This document shows positions 36,500 to 48,539 of a stretch of 64,000 nucleotides of DNA, piece after piece; positions within the stretch are counted from its first letter, which is position 1, and every line of letters starts with the position of its first letter. The stretch covers positions 496,001-560,000 of the forward strand of contig NW_026515686.1 of NCBI RefSeq assembly GCF_025526975.1, written 5' to 3'. Below the pieces are notes generated by a model. The model was not told the DNA's origin and made no database searches. It saw nothing but the letters and a program-made list of their open reading frames with translations. The position numbers and the translations under genes are program-made. Source of the DNA: Fimicolochytrium jonesii. Lineage: Eukaryota.

Positions 36500-39400
36500 C
36501 GGTGACTTCTTCGCATTCCGTCGCGAAGCGCGTATGTGCTCGGCCCTCTGCCATCAACCTCCCCTACGCGTCGCTTATGTCAACCAGCGAGAGCCAAATG
36601 CGCGTATAGAAGACCCTCACAAACGATGCTGCTGATGCACTCTTGTTCACCGCCAGTATGGGGCTCCTTCACTAGCACCGCAGCATGGTGTGTTTGCGTT
36701 GTCGTCGTCTTCGTTCCCTTCCTTGGATTCATCACAACACCCACTGGCGGACATACCCTCAATGGTATTGAAGACCGGGATCTGGCAAGGAGCCAGCGCG
36801 AACGCAGCCTTGTGTGCCAGATAGCCGTATTTGCTGACGCGGGCGAGGCGAAGATTGACTTTACTGAGCAACATTGCGGAACTCGACACGCTGCTATGTT
36901 CCCGAGAAGTTCGGCAAATTTGGTCATTTAGAAGAAATGAAAGTCGTAACAAGCGGAAGGCGGAGCTTTTCTTTGACAGCTTGAAATTGGGTGCGTGTGG
37001 CAGAAGAAGACGAGGACGGGGACGCCGACGCAGAATATGTCAGAGACCGTTTTTTTCTGACTCACTCTTTGTTCGTGACGGCGTGATGTGCGGCCGGTGA
37101 AATCGACCCGATCATAGCACGAACGCTGAGTTGCTGAGACGCCTGCCATCCAGGCTCAACGCAGGAGCCGCAGCCTTATGTAGATGACATGGCGGCCCAG
37201 AGGTGTAAGGAGACTCGTCCCACGAGAAGTAGCAGTTCACCGATGTTTGTGTGGTCGCATAGCTCTGAGCCTGAGCGGCGGATAAGAAGCATCTCCGCCT
37301 CTGGTGTACCATGCGGATGATTTTGCAATGGCACACCCGGCGGCGGCATCTCAAATTGAGTCCGCGGCACTTGTCGAAGCATTGCTCCTCTTCTTTTCCT
37401 TTTCCGTTTCCATGTCCTTGGCTTCTTTCTCCCCGACCTTGAACATGTAGCGGCGAAGCCGTGCGTTCATATCCTCGCGGTATTGGAGATTCTTGGCGCT
37501 GCTCCTGTTCCTGTCATCGGGCGCAGCGTCCCGCTTCTGCCACAACCCCCACACCCTCTCCTTCGCCATCCCCTTCGCGCACAACCCCCACACCCTCTCC
37601 TTCACCATCTCCTTCCCCATCCCCTTCGCCATCATCCATGCTCTCCCGGTTTTCCCCATCATCCTCGCAGTTGCCACCGTCGTCGGAATCCCCGTTGTTG
37701 CCATCCTCCCCCTTATCCTCATCGCTTTCATAATCCTCCTCATCCTCGTCACCGCCACCAAGGGCTGTCCACGGATGAGCGCTCCCTGTCCACTCCGACC
37801 ATTCGACCAGTTTTCTCTGCAGGACTGGCACTCCCAGATTCGCATTGCAAAGCTGCCTCTCATCTCATCGGATGTCAAATGGCGAAAGTCTCGCTGCCGG
37901 AATACAAACAGCGTGGAGGCCAAGTCCATCAGGGCACCGAGGGTCCAATGTCCCAGCTAGAGTGCCGGGCCCACCGCTGGTTCTCAGGCATTTTCAACAA
38001 GCTGTCAAGTGTGTCCCACGTTTCCCGGGCAGATGCTTTCATGCCAAAACCAACAACCCGAACAAATGGCACGCCGCAATCTAGTGAGGGTAAATTAGCA
38101 CATGTCCAACTCTTGCATCAACTTTGCACAGAAACCCAAACTTACAATCGAGGACATCAGCTAAGAGCTCTGCCATGATATGCTGTCTTGCACAGATCAA
38201 AGCCAAAGGATGCCCAGACCCAATGACGGTGAAACCCAAAGCCCTCAAGTACAAAAAGTACAAAAGGATTAGCTCCTTGAACTCCGGTGCCACTTTGACA
38301 TATCCAGTTCCTTGGGCAACATAGACAAAGTGCTTGAACGCTTCATCATCTCTGACTCGCTCCGGTGCATAGCAGACAAGTTCACACATAACCCCTCCAG
38401 CAAATCCTTCCAGTCTGACGACGTCAGACAGTCATGACAGCGTCATGGCCTGCGGTGGGCGGTGTCTCCATGCGGCTAGCTGGATGTGGTGCAAAAGCCC
38501 TGAAAACCAGGCCAACCATTCTGCATCACATACAGCTGGTCCAGAGGGTCCACCTAGGTGCCCGCTCCCATGATGAGGTAGTCGCATGGGGAGATTTCAG
38601 CGCGGAGTACCCGTCTGTCGCGAAATGCGGGGAGTATGGAGTGTGTTGATGGGAGTGTTGTTGTGAGTAGGAACTTAACACTCGCATCGAGGTATCTCGG
38701 CGGTGGTGGACTCCCTTTCCCACTCACCGCAGGGCAGCGATCTAGGCAGAAGCAGAGCACACTTGCTTTTGATGTGATGGTCTCGTAGTCGACAACGTTC
38801 GCCTTGACCAGACCGGCGTGTTTTTTTGATGCGTCTGCGAACTTGCCGCAAATGCGCTTTTGGAGTAGATTTTGGCAATGGAGGAGGAACCTTTGCTTAT
38901 CGATTCATCGATCTCGCGCTGCGACTGGTTATCCAGTTTAATGAAGACGAGTTCCGACATATCGGGGTACTTCGGTGACAGCGCTCCTAATTGAAATCAT
39001 CGAATTCCTGGGAACCGACCGACGACGTAAGCATGTCGGATGAATGGTAGGATGAAGCGACGGGTATGGTAATCCAGACGAGGTGGCGACCGTCGGCGTA
39101 ATCCAGGTGCTTTCCCCCGTCACCAACCCTGCCCCTCGCCGATCGTATGCGGCCTTCACGGTACATATACATCGCCGGCGTACACTCATGTCCCATCCAC
39201 TTGCTGAGCAGAGATCTCGGCCTTACTGGTTCAGATATGGTCGGCCGCCGAATCGCCGTCACCGTCGAAATCAGCTAAATCGTCGTCGGAGTTGCCAAAA
39301 CATCGCCGCGCCATACTCCGCGCGCTCTTTGAACAACCACCAATCACTAACTTCCCTGAGTCCTCAATCGTAGTATCGATGTGAATCCGCGCGCAGTAAC

Positions 39401-40450
39401 TGGCATGCAGCATTCCTCCCGATCGGTTCAATCCGTCGTCAGAACTCAACGGAACTGGGCCTTCCTCGCCTTCCCCGACTCCCAGCACCGAGTTCCACCG
39501 ACTGTACATGGATATATAGTGCCTCGGATATCAGGCGTTTGTGTGCGGTCACCGACGGCTGTCACGACTACGCATACGATGGAGATCAAGTGTCCGGGGT
39601 ATTTTTTTCTCTTCCGAAAGAATGCGTCAACACACGAATCGCACATCATGTGAGGGGTTTCCAATCACCCATCAATCACTGATGCGGTCCATCCGGTCCA
39701 GCAACCGGTTCACTGGTGATTCATGAATCCTCTCTGGATCCGACATGACTTTGCATTTGGCCTGAATCAAAGAAAAAAGCTTCGTCGACGGCCGTATCCT
39801 CGCCGGTAAATCTCCATGACCCGACTTTGACCGTTCCCGTCCTCGTGGCAAACCTCAACGTACGAAGGCGTTTGTTACCGCACAGTTGTCGGGAGGCGAC
39901 CGTCTTCGATGCAGTCGAACGAATAGTGCTTGCGCGAAAAGCATGTTCAATGGAAGTGGTGGCTGGCTGGCGGTCGGATGCGCCTCTTACGAAGGGGCAT
40001 CTCCAACGGGGCCAGTCCAACAACATCGGGTTCCTGTAGCAAGCGCCAGCCGGACGGAATTTTGGTCGTGGTCCCCTTGTTCCAGTCAACTACGGTGCGT
40101 GCGCCGAAGACTCTCCGGTTGGGGCGTCCAGCATCGCGACGAGCATTGTGGACTTGAGCGCACGCTCCAAAGGTTTGGTCGATCTCTCTCCTTTGTGCAT
40201 CGCGCGCCACGAGTACCTTCGGTATGATGGCTGCTTTGCGACCACATGCACACCAATCTCTTGGAAATCGGCCATTTCCTTCGTATTGGTAATTTATTTG
40301 TCCTAGGAGACGTCGTCCGGCAAGCATTCTTCAAGTTTTCCTCCCCAGCGTCCTTGCATGCGCTAATCATCAAATCATTCGACCACCGCTCCAAAGGGAG
40401 CAGATGCCTCCGAGCCAAACTTTCCCGCAATGTAAAAAAAAGCCTATACT
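36500..40450 (-). pseudogene. Long unclassified degenerate coding region with an acidic D/E/G tract
   Basis: Chain of minus-strand ORF fragments; acidic tract and 39-bp duplication at 37540-37760; no family recognised. Confidence 0.3.
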
Positions 40451-41248
40451 CGGGGCTGTACGATAAGCTGCTTTGATGGATTGAGACAAGTGAAGCGCTT
40501 AGCCACAGCGATGCTCAGGGCAATACTGATACATATAATAGGGGTTACTTACGCCAGGAACGCCAAGGCATTGTGAGACGACGGTAGAGAGAGACAGACC
40601 CCGAGTGCTACGACGACGACGACGGTGGTTATACTGAGGCCACCCAGAGGCGAACTGAGTTACGTAGTCTTTTAAGAGAAATGCATATACTGTATGTACG
40701 TAGTGCGTCCGTGAGAAAGAGTCGTGGTCATCGTTAATTGAGAGCGTGTCCTTCAGGGCCGCCCAACTTCCGCTACAGATTATGGGGGCGTGAATTTGAA
40801 GACACGGCCCATCCACGCTTGTCCAGAGCGAGCAGCTTGGGGAACAGCAGAGAACAACCACTCGTAATGGTGCATCGCATCTTAGAACCCTTGTCCTCCG
40901 CCTGGGAGAGCTTTGCGACTCGGATGTCGAAATGACCAGTCGAGGCAATCCTCGTCAGCCAGGAAAGCCCAGAGAGCCCAGAGAGTCTTCAACATTCACC
41001 AAAAGGAGGCGGCTGGGACGAAGCGATATCACGCATTCCATGTCCCAAACTCCGCCGCTTTGGCCCGACTACCGGTGGTGGGTCCCTTGGTGGACAGAAA
41101 CCCAGACGAGACGACGGGCAAATGGGCAACGGCAACTACACTGCACGAACTGAACGAGGGGTTTACATCCAAGAGATTTGTGGTATCTATCAGCTCAAAT
41201 ACAGCCAGTCCAGGCAGCAGGATAGGGTATCAGGGAAAGAAAAAGAAT

Positions 41249-42142
41249 CTAGAAGAGTACCGCCGCCGCCCACGCAGCACTAATGGCCAAACCAAGCGCC
41301 ATACCCGCCGTCGTTTTCACCATTGCATCATTGGAAGAACCCGAAGAACCTGCACCGGCACTTCCGACAGTCCCACCCACACCAGCAGCAGCGCCCAGTC
41401 TGCCCACAAACCACCCCTTCTGCGGCCTCGTACAGAATCCAATAATGTTGGAAACCCTCCTCCGCCTCTCCCCAGTCACCGCCCTCCTCTCACACACACC
41501 CGGGTGATGCACCACCACCTCATCACACGTCTCACACCCCTGCCCACATCCCCGTTTCTCAACCCAGGTCCCGTCGTCATTGCACTTGATACTAGACGAC
41601 GACGTAGCGTTCATAGGCCTGCAGGACCCGTCAGCCAGCACCGCGCGAGTCGAGATCCGCCCGTCGCCCATGATAGGGTGGGTGGCGCAGTCCGACTGCT
41701 CGTCCTCGATGAACCCGAAATACTGCGTGTCGATGAGATACCACAGCTTCCCGACGTCCGGGCGGTTCAGCACCGTATCCGGGAACGTGTTCACAGCCGG
41801 CGTGGCGTTGGGGGCGAGGCCCGCGAAAGTGGTCACCAGGCGCGACTCGGTCGTCGTGTTATGTCTCAAACACCCTTCTTTGAGGGTGTTGTCGCTGCAT
41901 TTGAATGAATTCCCGTTGGCTTCGGGCGTGTACCCGCTGTCGCAGTCGACTAGCTGCGCGAGCGGCTCGCCGAGGAGCGGCTCCGTGGTGGTGAATGTGG
42001 TGATGTTGGTGAATTCGATGTATCCGGGCGGGAAGGTGGGGCTGCAGTCAGCGGTGGAAAGGAAGGTTTCGAAGCGGACCCATGTGTCGGCGTAGACGAG
42101 CGGGGTGCCCGCGGCTAGGGCGAAGAGGAGGGAGGTGCGCAT
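41249..42142 (-). CDS. Cys-rich secreted protein with predicted GPI anchor (297 aa, intronless)
   Basis: Signal peptide MRTSLLFALAAGTPLVYA; many Cys; N-glycosylation sequons; G/S spacer followed by hydrophobic C-terminus (SSND...MALGLAISAAWAAAVLF). Confidence 0.8.
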   Translation of the reverse strand: MRTSLLFALAAGTPLVYADTWVRFETFLSTADCSPTFPPGYIEFTNITTFTTTEPLLGEPLAQLVDCDSGYTPEANGNSFKCSDNTLKEGCLRHNTTTESRLVTTFAGLAPNATPAVNTFPDTVLNRPDVGKLWYLIDTQYFGFIEDEQSDCATHPIMGDGRISTRAVLADGSCRPMNATSSSSIKCNDDGTWVEKRGCGQGCETCDEVVVHHPGVCERRAVTGERRRRVSNIIGFCTRPQKGWFVGRLGAAAGVGGTVGSAGAGSSGSSNDAMVKTTAGMALGLAISAAWAAAVLF

Positions 42143-43519
42143 TTGTTTTTGGGGTGGAGTGGTAGACGGAGTGACTACTGGGCTCGAACGGTCGTCTTTT
42201 GGCCCTGTGCTGGTCTTATGCGTTTCTCGATGCTCTTCCCTAATCCCCAGGCGTCCATCGTTGTGAGCTTCTCCAAAAGACGCCAACAGCAGCGCCATGT
42301 CAAGTCAGGATCTATGTCACATCCGGGGCGGAATTGTGGGCGTCGGGCGTTGGTAAATCCACAAGCGTTAAGTTTGCACTGTCACTTTCCTGTCAATCAC
42401 ACTGACGCCGCGACGCGAATCGGTGAACTCAAACCTCGGGCGCCAACTTCCGCCAAGGCACCCAAAAACCCAAATCGATGTTTATCACAAAATGAACAAT
42501 CGCAGCAATGCCTGAGACCTGTGTCCGTACCCGTGGTAGAGCTGGAAAACCACACTGAGTTCTGAGACCTCTTGGACCTGTATGGTATACAGCACATCCA
42601 ACCGACGAACGCACTTGAATCCCAAACCAAGACCGAGCGCGATGTGGGTTACCTCACAACGCGAAGATGGAAGGAAGCAGAGAAGGACTTGCGCCGTATC
42701 CAAAGGGTTCAATGGGCGTTGATGACCATTCGTTGTGCGTGCATAGCTCATGGCCGTGGTGATGGGAGTCATCCATAGTTGCCTGTGAAGAATATCCCGA
42801 GAAAAGAGAAATGTATGCTAGTTGCTATTTGTTGAATTGTATTGGAGTTGCCCTTGACGCTTTGCAGATGCCCTTCGTCTGCCAGCGAACATATTTGTAA
42901 AGAAAAACGGTTTGCATATTCCTCATGATGCTGAGGGCCGCGGCAATAAACGCTGTCCAGGCGGCGCCATGCAAGGTTGGTGGGCACTAGACGCTACCAT
43001 GGGCAACAGAATAGTAATTTGACAGTTTATACTCCGAAACAGCATATTGGTGCGTTCCTACTAAGGTTAAACACTTCACTCCACACGCCGATATGGTTGG
43101 CTCGGGGACGTGCGAACAATTGACAAGATTTCGACAGCACGTCTTCGAAGCTTTTTCACTCAGGGCCCGAAAATCTTTTGCCCATCGCCCAGCCCTGAGA
43201 TGGGTGGAGCGAGCTTGAGAAAGATGATGGCCCAAGGCTTCAACCGAGCTCCAACCGGGATCTACAGTATATAGCCATTTCGGCATCCTGATTCATCGTT
43301 AAGAGCGCGATATGTAGCGCTTGACCGCGCGCTTTTGAGAAGGAAGGTTGTTGAACAGGAAGGGGAATAATCTGAAGGATGGTCGGGGCGAGCTTCCGGG
43401 CGAGCTTCCGGGCGAGCAGCAACAGTCAAAGCAAAGACCTACCCAACATTTAGCAAATGCCCTCAAAAAATGGGACCTCCCATTGCAAAAATGGACCTAC
43501 GCAATATGCGCAAAACAAT

Positions 43520-43591
43520 TTCCCCCGCGGGGAATCGAACCCCGGCCATCACGGTGAGAGCGTGAGATCCTAACCACTGGACCACGAAGGA
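43520..43591 (-). tRNA. tRNA-Glu (anticodon CTC)
   Basis: TCCTTCGTGGTCCAGTGGTTAGGATCTCACGCTCTCACCGTGATGGCCGGGGTTCGATTCCCCGCGGGGGAA folds as a cloverleaf with A and B boxes. Confidence 0.97.
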
Positions 43592-43818
43592 TTTGCTTGT
43601 TTGGGTTTGATTTTAGTATTATATGACGTATAAGAGTTGCGCACGTTTGGCATGCTGTACAGTTAGGGGCTTCGCGCGGCGTGCTCACATCCTGGTTGCC
43701 TTTGCTTTTACACGGAGTCCGGACCTGCTCCTTTTTCCACACTCGCAATTTCACACTTCCGCCCCAACGACGTCTACACTCACCCCCCCGCCGTCACACC
43801 ACCCGCCACCCTCTCACA

Positions 43819-45049
43819 ATGTCAACAACCCAACACCCCCCGCCAATCCACCTTCCTCCAGGCTCATTCACCCTCCACCTCGTAGTAGACTCCCGTGAAG
43901 TCAAATTCAAGAACCAACGGCAGCATATTCAGGAGCAGCTAACCATGCATGGCGTGAACGTACTGACGAGGAGTCTGAATGTGGGCGATTTCATCTGGGT
44001 GGCCCGAGGGGGGAGGAATCTGAGGAGGGAGGATGACGTTGATGGGGGTGAGTAGACGCGTGAGCCGAGCGCATGTGTTATCAAGCGCGAGCGAGGGATG
44101 CTGGAGGGTCCGAGCCATAGCGAGGAATGCGGAGGCGGCGAGAATGCTTGAGGATGGCATCTCAAACACACCGCCCAACATCCTCGTCGCGGGCGGAGCA
44201 AGCAGGGTATCGTTTTCATCCCCGTCAACTACGGATCATCCCTCATACGCGGCGTTCTTCCCATCGTTCACTCAAAGACACACCAGAGATAGTGCTACCG
44301 TACGTCATCGAGCGCAAAACAACGGACGACCTCGTCGCAAGCATCAAAGACTCACGGTTCAAAGACCAAAAGCTGCGGTTAAAGACCTGCGGGTTACCAT
44401 CCCCGATTTATCTGATTGAGCGGTCACCGAGTATGGTTCGGGCGCTGGAGTTTGGGATGACGGCAATCCGTACGGCCATGACACAGGTGCAGGTCATCAA
44501 TGGGTTCTTTCTGAAACAGACCGGGGGGTTGGATGAGACTGTGCAATACTTTGTGAGGTTGACGAGGAGGTTGGAGAAGGCCCTTTTGGTATGTCTCCAT
44601 TTGGAGGGGGTATACGCATACGGTATACTTACAGCACTCCCTCACACGCACACATACACACACAGGACAAAGACCTCTACGCCGTCCCCCCATCTATAAC
44701 AACAAAAGACGCCCTCCAATCCTATTTCACAACCCACCCTCACACTCCCCGCCTCCACCTGACCTTCGCCACCTACCAATCCCTCAACACAAAATCCACC
44801 TCCTACCGCCTCCAATCCATCTGGATCCGCCAACTCATGACCATCAAGGGCGTCTCGGGTGAAAAAGCCGCCGCGCTTGCAAAGACGTATCCGACCATGC
44901 GCAGTCTGGTCAAGGCGTTGAAGGGAAAGACGGAGAGGGATAGGGAGGAGTTGGTGAGGGCAGCGGTTCCTGTCAGTGGGAGGAAGAGTATTGGGCAGGC
45001 GTTGGCGAGGAAGATTTTGGCGGTTATTGCGGCGGATGTTTATACTTAG
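43819..45049 (+). CDS. MUS81: Crossover junction endonuclease Mus81-like (ERCC4 nuclease + C-terminal HhH); exons 43819-44047, 44287-44588, 44666-45049; ~304 aa
   Basis: VVDSRE, LNVGDFIWVAR, VIERKTTDDLVASIKDSRFKDQKLRL, RQLMTIKGVSGEKA; canonical GT-AG introns preserve frame. Confidence 0.92.
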
Positions 45050-45335
45050 TGCTTACTTTTATGTACTCCACGTAGTCCGAGACATTTTTTTGGGAAGGCG
45101 TAATGCTTAAATGTATATATCCCGGTTGTGTGTACTCTATCGAATTGCGTAGCATAAATACAGATAGCTCGGCGGAGGAGCTCACGCATGCGACAGGTAC
45201 AAGGTTGCTGATCCGCTGTTCACTCGTGAAACACCCCCAGCGCTCGAAATCCCAACCCTCCTCTCCCACCGCCCAACCTCTCCATGACCCACCGCCCAGA
45301 CTCCGCACCTCACTTCGTTCGCACTCAAAATCCCC

Positions 45336-45874
45336 TTATTTACTCCTCTTCGCCAAAGAATTCGCCTTAATCTTCATCTTCGTCACCACCCTCAAATAAT
45401 CCATACTCAATTTCTCCTCCTCCGTCCACTCCTTCTTCGGCGGGTCCAGCAGCCTCCACACCCACGCGGGGTACTCGTTGTCCGGTAACGCCACGGGGTC
45501 CGCTTTGCCTGCGAATATGTTGAGTCCTTTCATGACGGTGCCGGGGGGGCAGGAGGAGGGTTCGAGGGGGCCGACGTAGGGCGCGGTTTCGGAGGTGGAG
45601 TTGGTAGGGGTGGAGTCAGAGGTGGAGGAGGGTGGAGAGGAGGTTGCGGTTGCGGCTGTTAGGCAAAGGCAAGAAAAGGAAGGTGAGTATTGAAGCATCA
45701 CAGACACCCATAGCAAAGGACGGTTCACACACCTGGACTCGCAACACGAACGGACGCTCCGAATGCTCTCGTTTGTGATGGGATGCTACACCGTGCCACT
45801 ACATTCCGTTGACATTGTTGTTGGGAGGCTGTGCGTGCTATGCAGCGGAAGGTCGTCGTTGTTGAGTGGTGCAT
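45336..45874 (-). CDS. MRPL37: Mitochondrial large ribosomal subunit protein mL54 (yeast L37 family); exons 45733-45874 and 45336-45655
   Basis: SSCPPGTVMKGLNIFAGKADPVALPDNEYPAWVWRLL family motif; Arg/Ser-rich presequence-like exon 1. Confidence 0.9.
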
Positions 45875-46321
45875 TTTGTGGGTGGTTGTTGGAAGTTGGG
45901 ATTAGGCGTGGTTGGGTGGGTTGAGACTGTGAGGTTGGGAGTCCAGAGTCGGTAAGTTGAAGCTCGCCAGTTGCTGATCGTTCCCCACAGTACTGGTGCT
46001 GCAGCGAGTGAGTGAGAGGTTCCCTTTATGCTCCTAATGGACGATGGAATTGCGGGATGGGGACTTGCTTGCCGGACTGTCTCGAGCCGCGAGGGAGAAG
46101 GGGACGGATGTGGCGCAGCACTAGGACAGAGCGACAGAGCGAATTCCCACTGCAACCCAGACTGCAACCACTGCAACGACGGTACTCCCCACTCCGGGCA
46201 TCAACAAGTCCGACACTGAACGTACAGGAAAGCTGCACAACAAGCATACAGCAGGTCCAGCCTCACTCACTCTCATCCACGTAGCAGCCATCCGCTTAAC
46301 CGGCCCAACGTACATAAAAAT

Positions 46322-47116
46322 ATGCCAATCGACTTCTCCCTTACCTATCCGGACTTCTCGCAAGTTCGACATATGCAGCGGGATGTGACGATAGTGTTTA
46401 CGCCGGTGTTGGAGGAGGTTGGGAATGATTGCTGGACGGGGGATGTTTATGTTGCTGAAAGGTGAGTATTGGGGTGGGATGCAAGGTGCGTGCGACGATG
46501 GGTGCTACTTGATCGCGTACTAGGTATGAGAATCTAACACCACCGTTCCCCCACCCGGCCAGCCAACTAATACTCCACGACCCAGACGACGCCCTCATAA
46601 TCTCCATCGACTACCCCTCCATCGGCATCCACGCTGTCTCGCGGCACGGCGACGACGTCATCAAACTCCCACATATCTACGCAGAACTTGATGCGAGTGT
46701 TGCGGTGGATTCGGTGCGGATGGGTGAGGATAGGGTTGATGTGGGAGAGATGACAGTGAGGGAGATGAGGATTGTAGTCGAGGATGGGGATGCATGTGAG
46801 TACTGCACGCGCAGAGGTGCAGAGTCTTGTCGGGACCTGATACTCACACCACTCTATCCCGATTCTGTCATCAGTGGACGTCCTCTACCAATTCATCTCC
46901 AACTGTGCATCCCTCCACCCCGACCCCATCTCCGAAGACGCCGACATCTCCTCGAACGAAGACGATGAGAACGAATGGTACACGACACCCGAACAAATGG
47001 AGAACCTCACCGCCGAGCAACAGAAAGCGCTGGATCATTTCGCTGCGGTGTTTACGGGGCCGTATCCGGATGCGGTGGTAGAGGGGCAGTTTGACGATGC
47101 TATGGAGGATATGTAG
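46322..47116 (+). CDS. CLNS1A: ICln/Lot5 (Voldacs-domain) methylosome / Sm-assembly chaperone; exons 46322-46461, 46563-46795, 46875-47116
   Basis: ISIDYPSIGIHAVSR, PHIYAELD, EMRIV..D, LDVLYQFISNCASLHPD, acidic tail GQFDDA. Confidence 0.88.
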
Positions 47117-48539
47117 CGGTGATATCGGTCTCGGGGGGCATTTGGTCATGTGAGGAGTTGCAGCGGACGGTACGGCGCGCACGCGCAACGCTGGCAAGTT
47201 TCCAAGTGCTGGAAGTCAGACTGTCATCATGGGAACCGCCGCATCGCCTCAAGGATCGGGATTTCAGTCAATATTATAAACGACTGACGATATGAGAGAG
47301 TCGGCGTAAGGATGCGCGGCGGGAGTCTGTGTCGTGCACCTCGAATATCTGCGTGAGGGGATTCGCACACAGGGATTTGGAAACTCATTCTTCCATCTCG
47401 GCAGTGCACCACTACCTGTTATTAAGAACAGGGTTCAGCAGTCATGGATGACGGGTATGCCGATTCGGGAAACGCATGTGGGCGGATGAGACTTCGCGGC
47501 CAAGCGGGGCGCATAGCCTCGCAAAGAATGACGGAGGGAGAAGGGAAATACCCTGCCGTCGGGTCAGAAGAGGCGTTGAAGACATCATAGGTGTTGGAAG
47601 GCTTCCTTGAGACGACTTGCAAGCGACGTGTGCGATAGCAAACATCACCACTATTATCCCATAGCGTTCATCATTGAAGTCAGCCCTATGTCGATCGGAT
47701 GTGTGCAAAAGCAACGTCTTCTCCGCGAAGAAATAGGGCCTTTTGTGGGATCCCAGGGAGACTTGAAATTCCAAACCATTTCAACGCAATTGGATGGCTT
47801 CTGGCGATTCATGGACGGGGGAATTTGGAGATCCGAGTGGTATGCAGGAGGTTCGGCGGGATGCTTAGTTCCGGAAGTTTTGCGTTGTCTGGGTATCCCA
47901 TGGTGTGCAGACGCCGGAAACTGTGTCGGAAGGCTTGCCGATTTTTTGGCAAATTGAGCATGTTTCTGTGTGCAATCCCAGCGCACATTTTCAGAAAGTG
48001 GGAGCTACCCCACCGTGCGATCGATCGAGTCGATTCTTCCTTGAATTCTGTACGATTAATGCATCCCAGATGGTTAAGTCCAATCTCTCCCGAAAAGACG
48101 CACGCAGAAACAAATAACGAAAAACAGAAGCCGCAATGAACTGCGTAGAAAGGGCAGGATAAATTCTCATTTATAGCAAATCCAAACACAAAGACATCTC
48201 CAAAAAGCCGAAAGAACACGCGAAGGGGCGAAAAGTGATGAGGGTCGGCGATGCTCCGGTATCCCGTCCCAATCTGCTCGCTCGGTGAGAAACAAAAGAG
48301 TCTCTTGGGATATGGACATTCGGTGCAATGCAAGGGATGGGTGCAGGTGGTTGATGGGATGCTGGGGACGACTTGCGACTCCTGCGATGATGCGAGCGCG
48401 AACGATGTAGGATTGATGGGGTGTCGTGACTTAACGGTGCATGAGTGATGAACGCTCGCCGCCCTGTGAGAATGAACGAGTAAGGGAAAGAAGATCAGCA
48501 AACGCATCCGCGCAAGGCAGATAACGAATCTCTCCGTCC

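Noticed and set aside
40913..41908. 331-aa plus-strand Arg/His-rich ORF
   Set aside because: Antisense to the well-formed secreted-protein gene; composition typical of a shadow frame.
47200..48500. Overlapping ORFs between ICln and CDC50
   Set aside because: No recognisable motifs or coherent splice structure; probably UTR or intergenic sequence.
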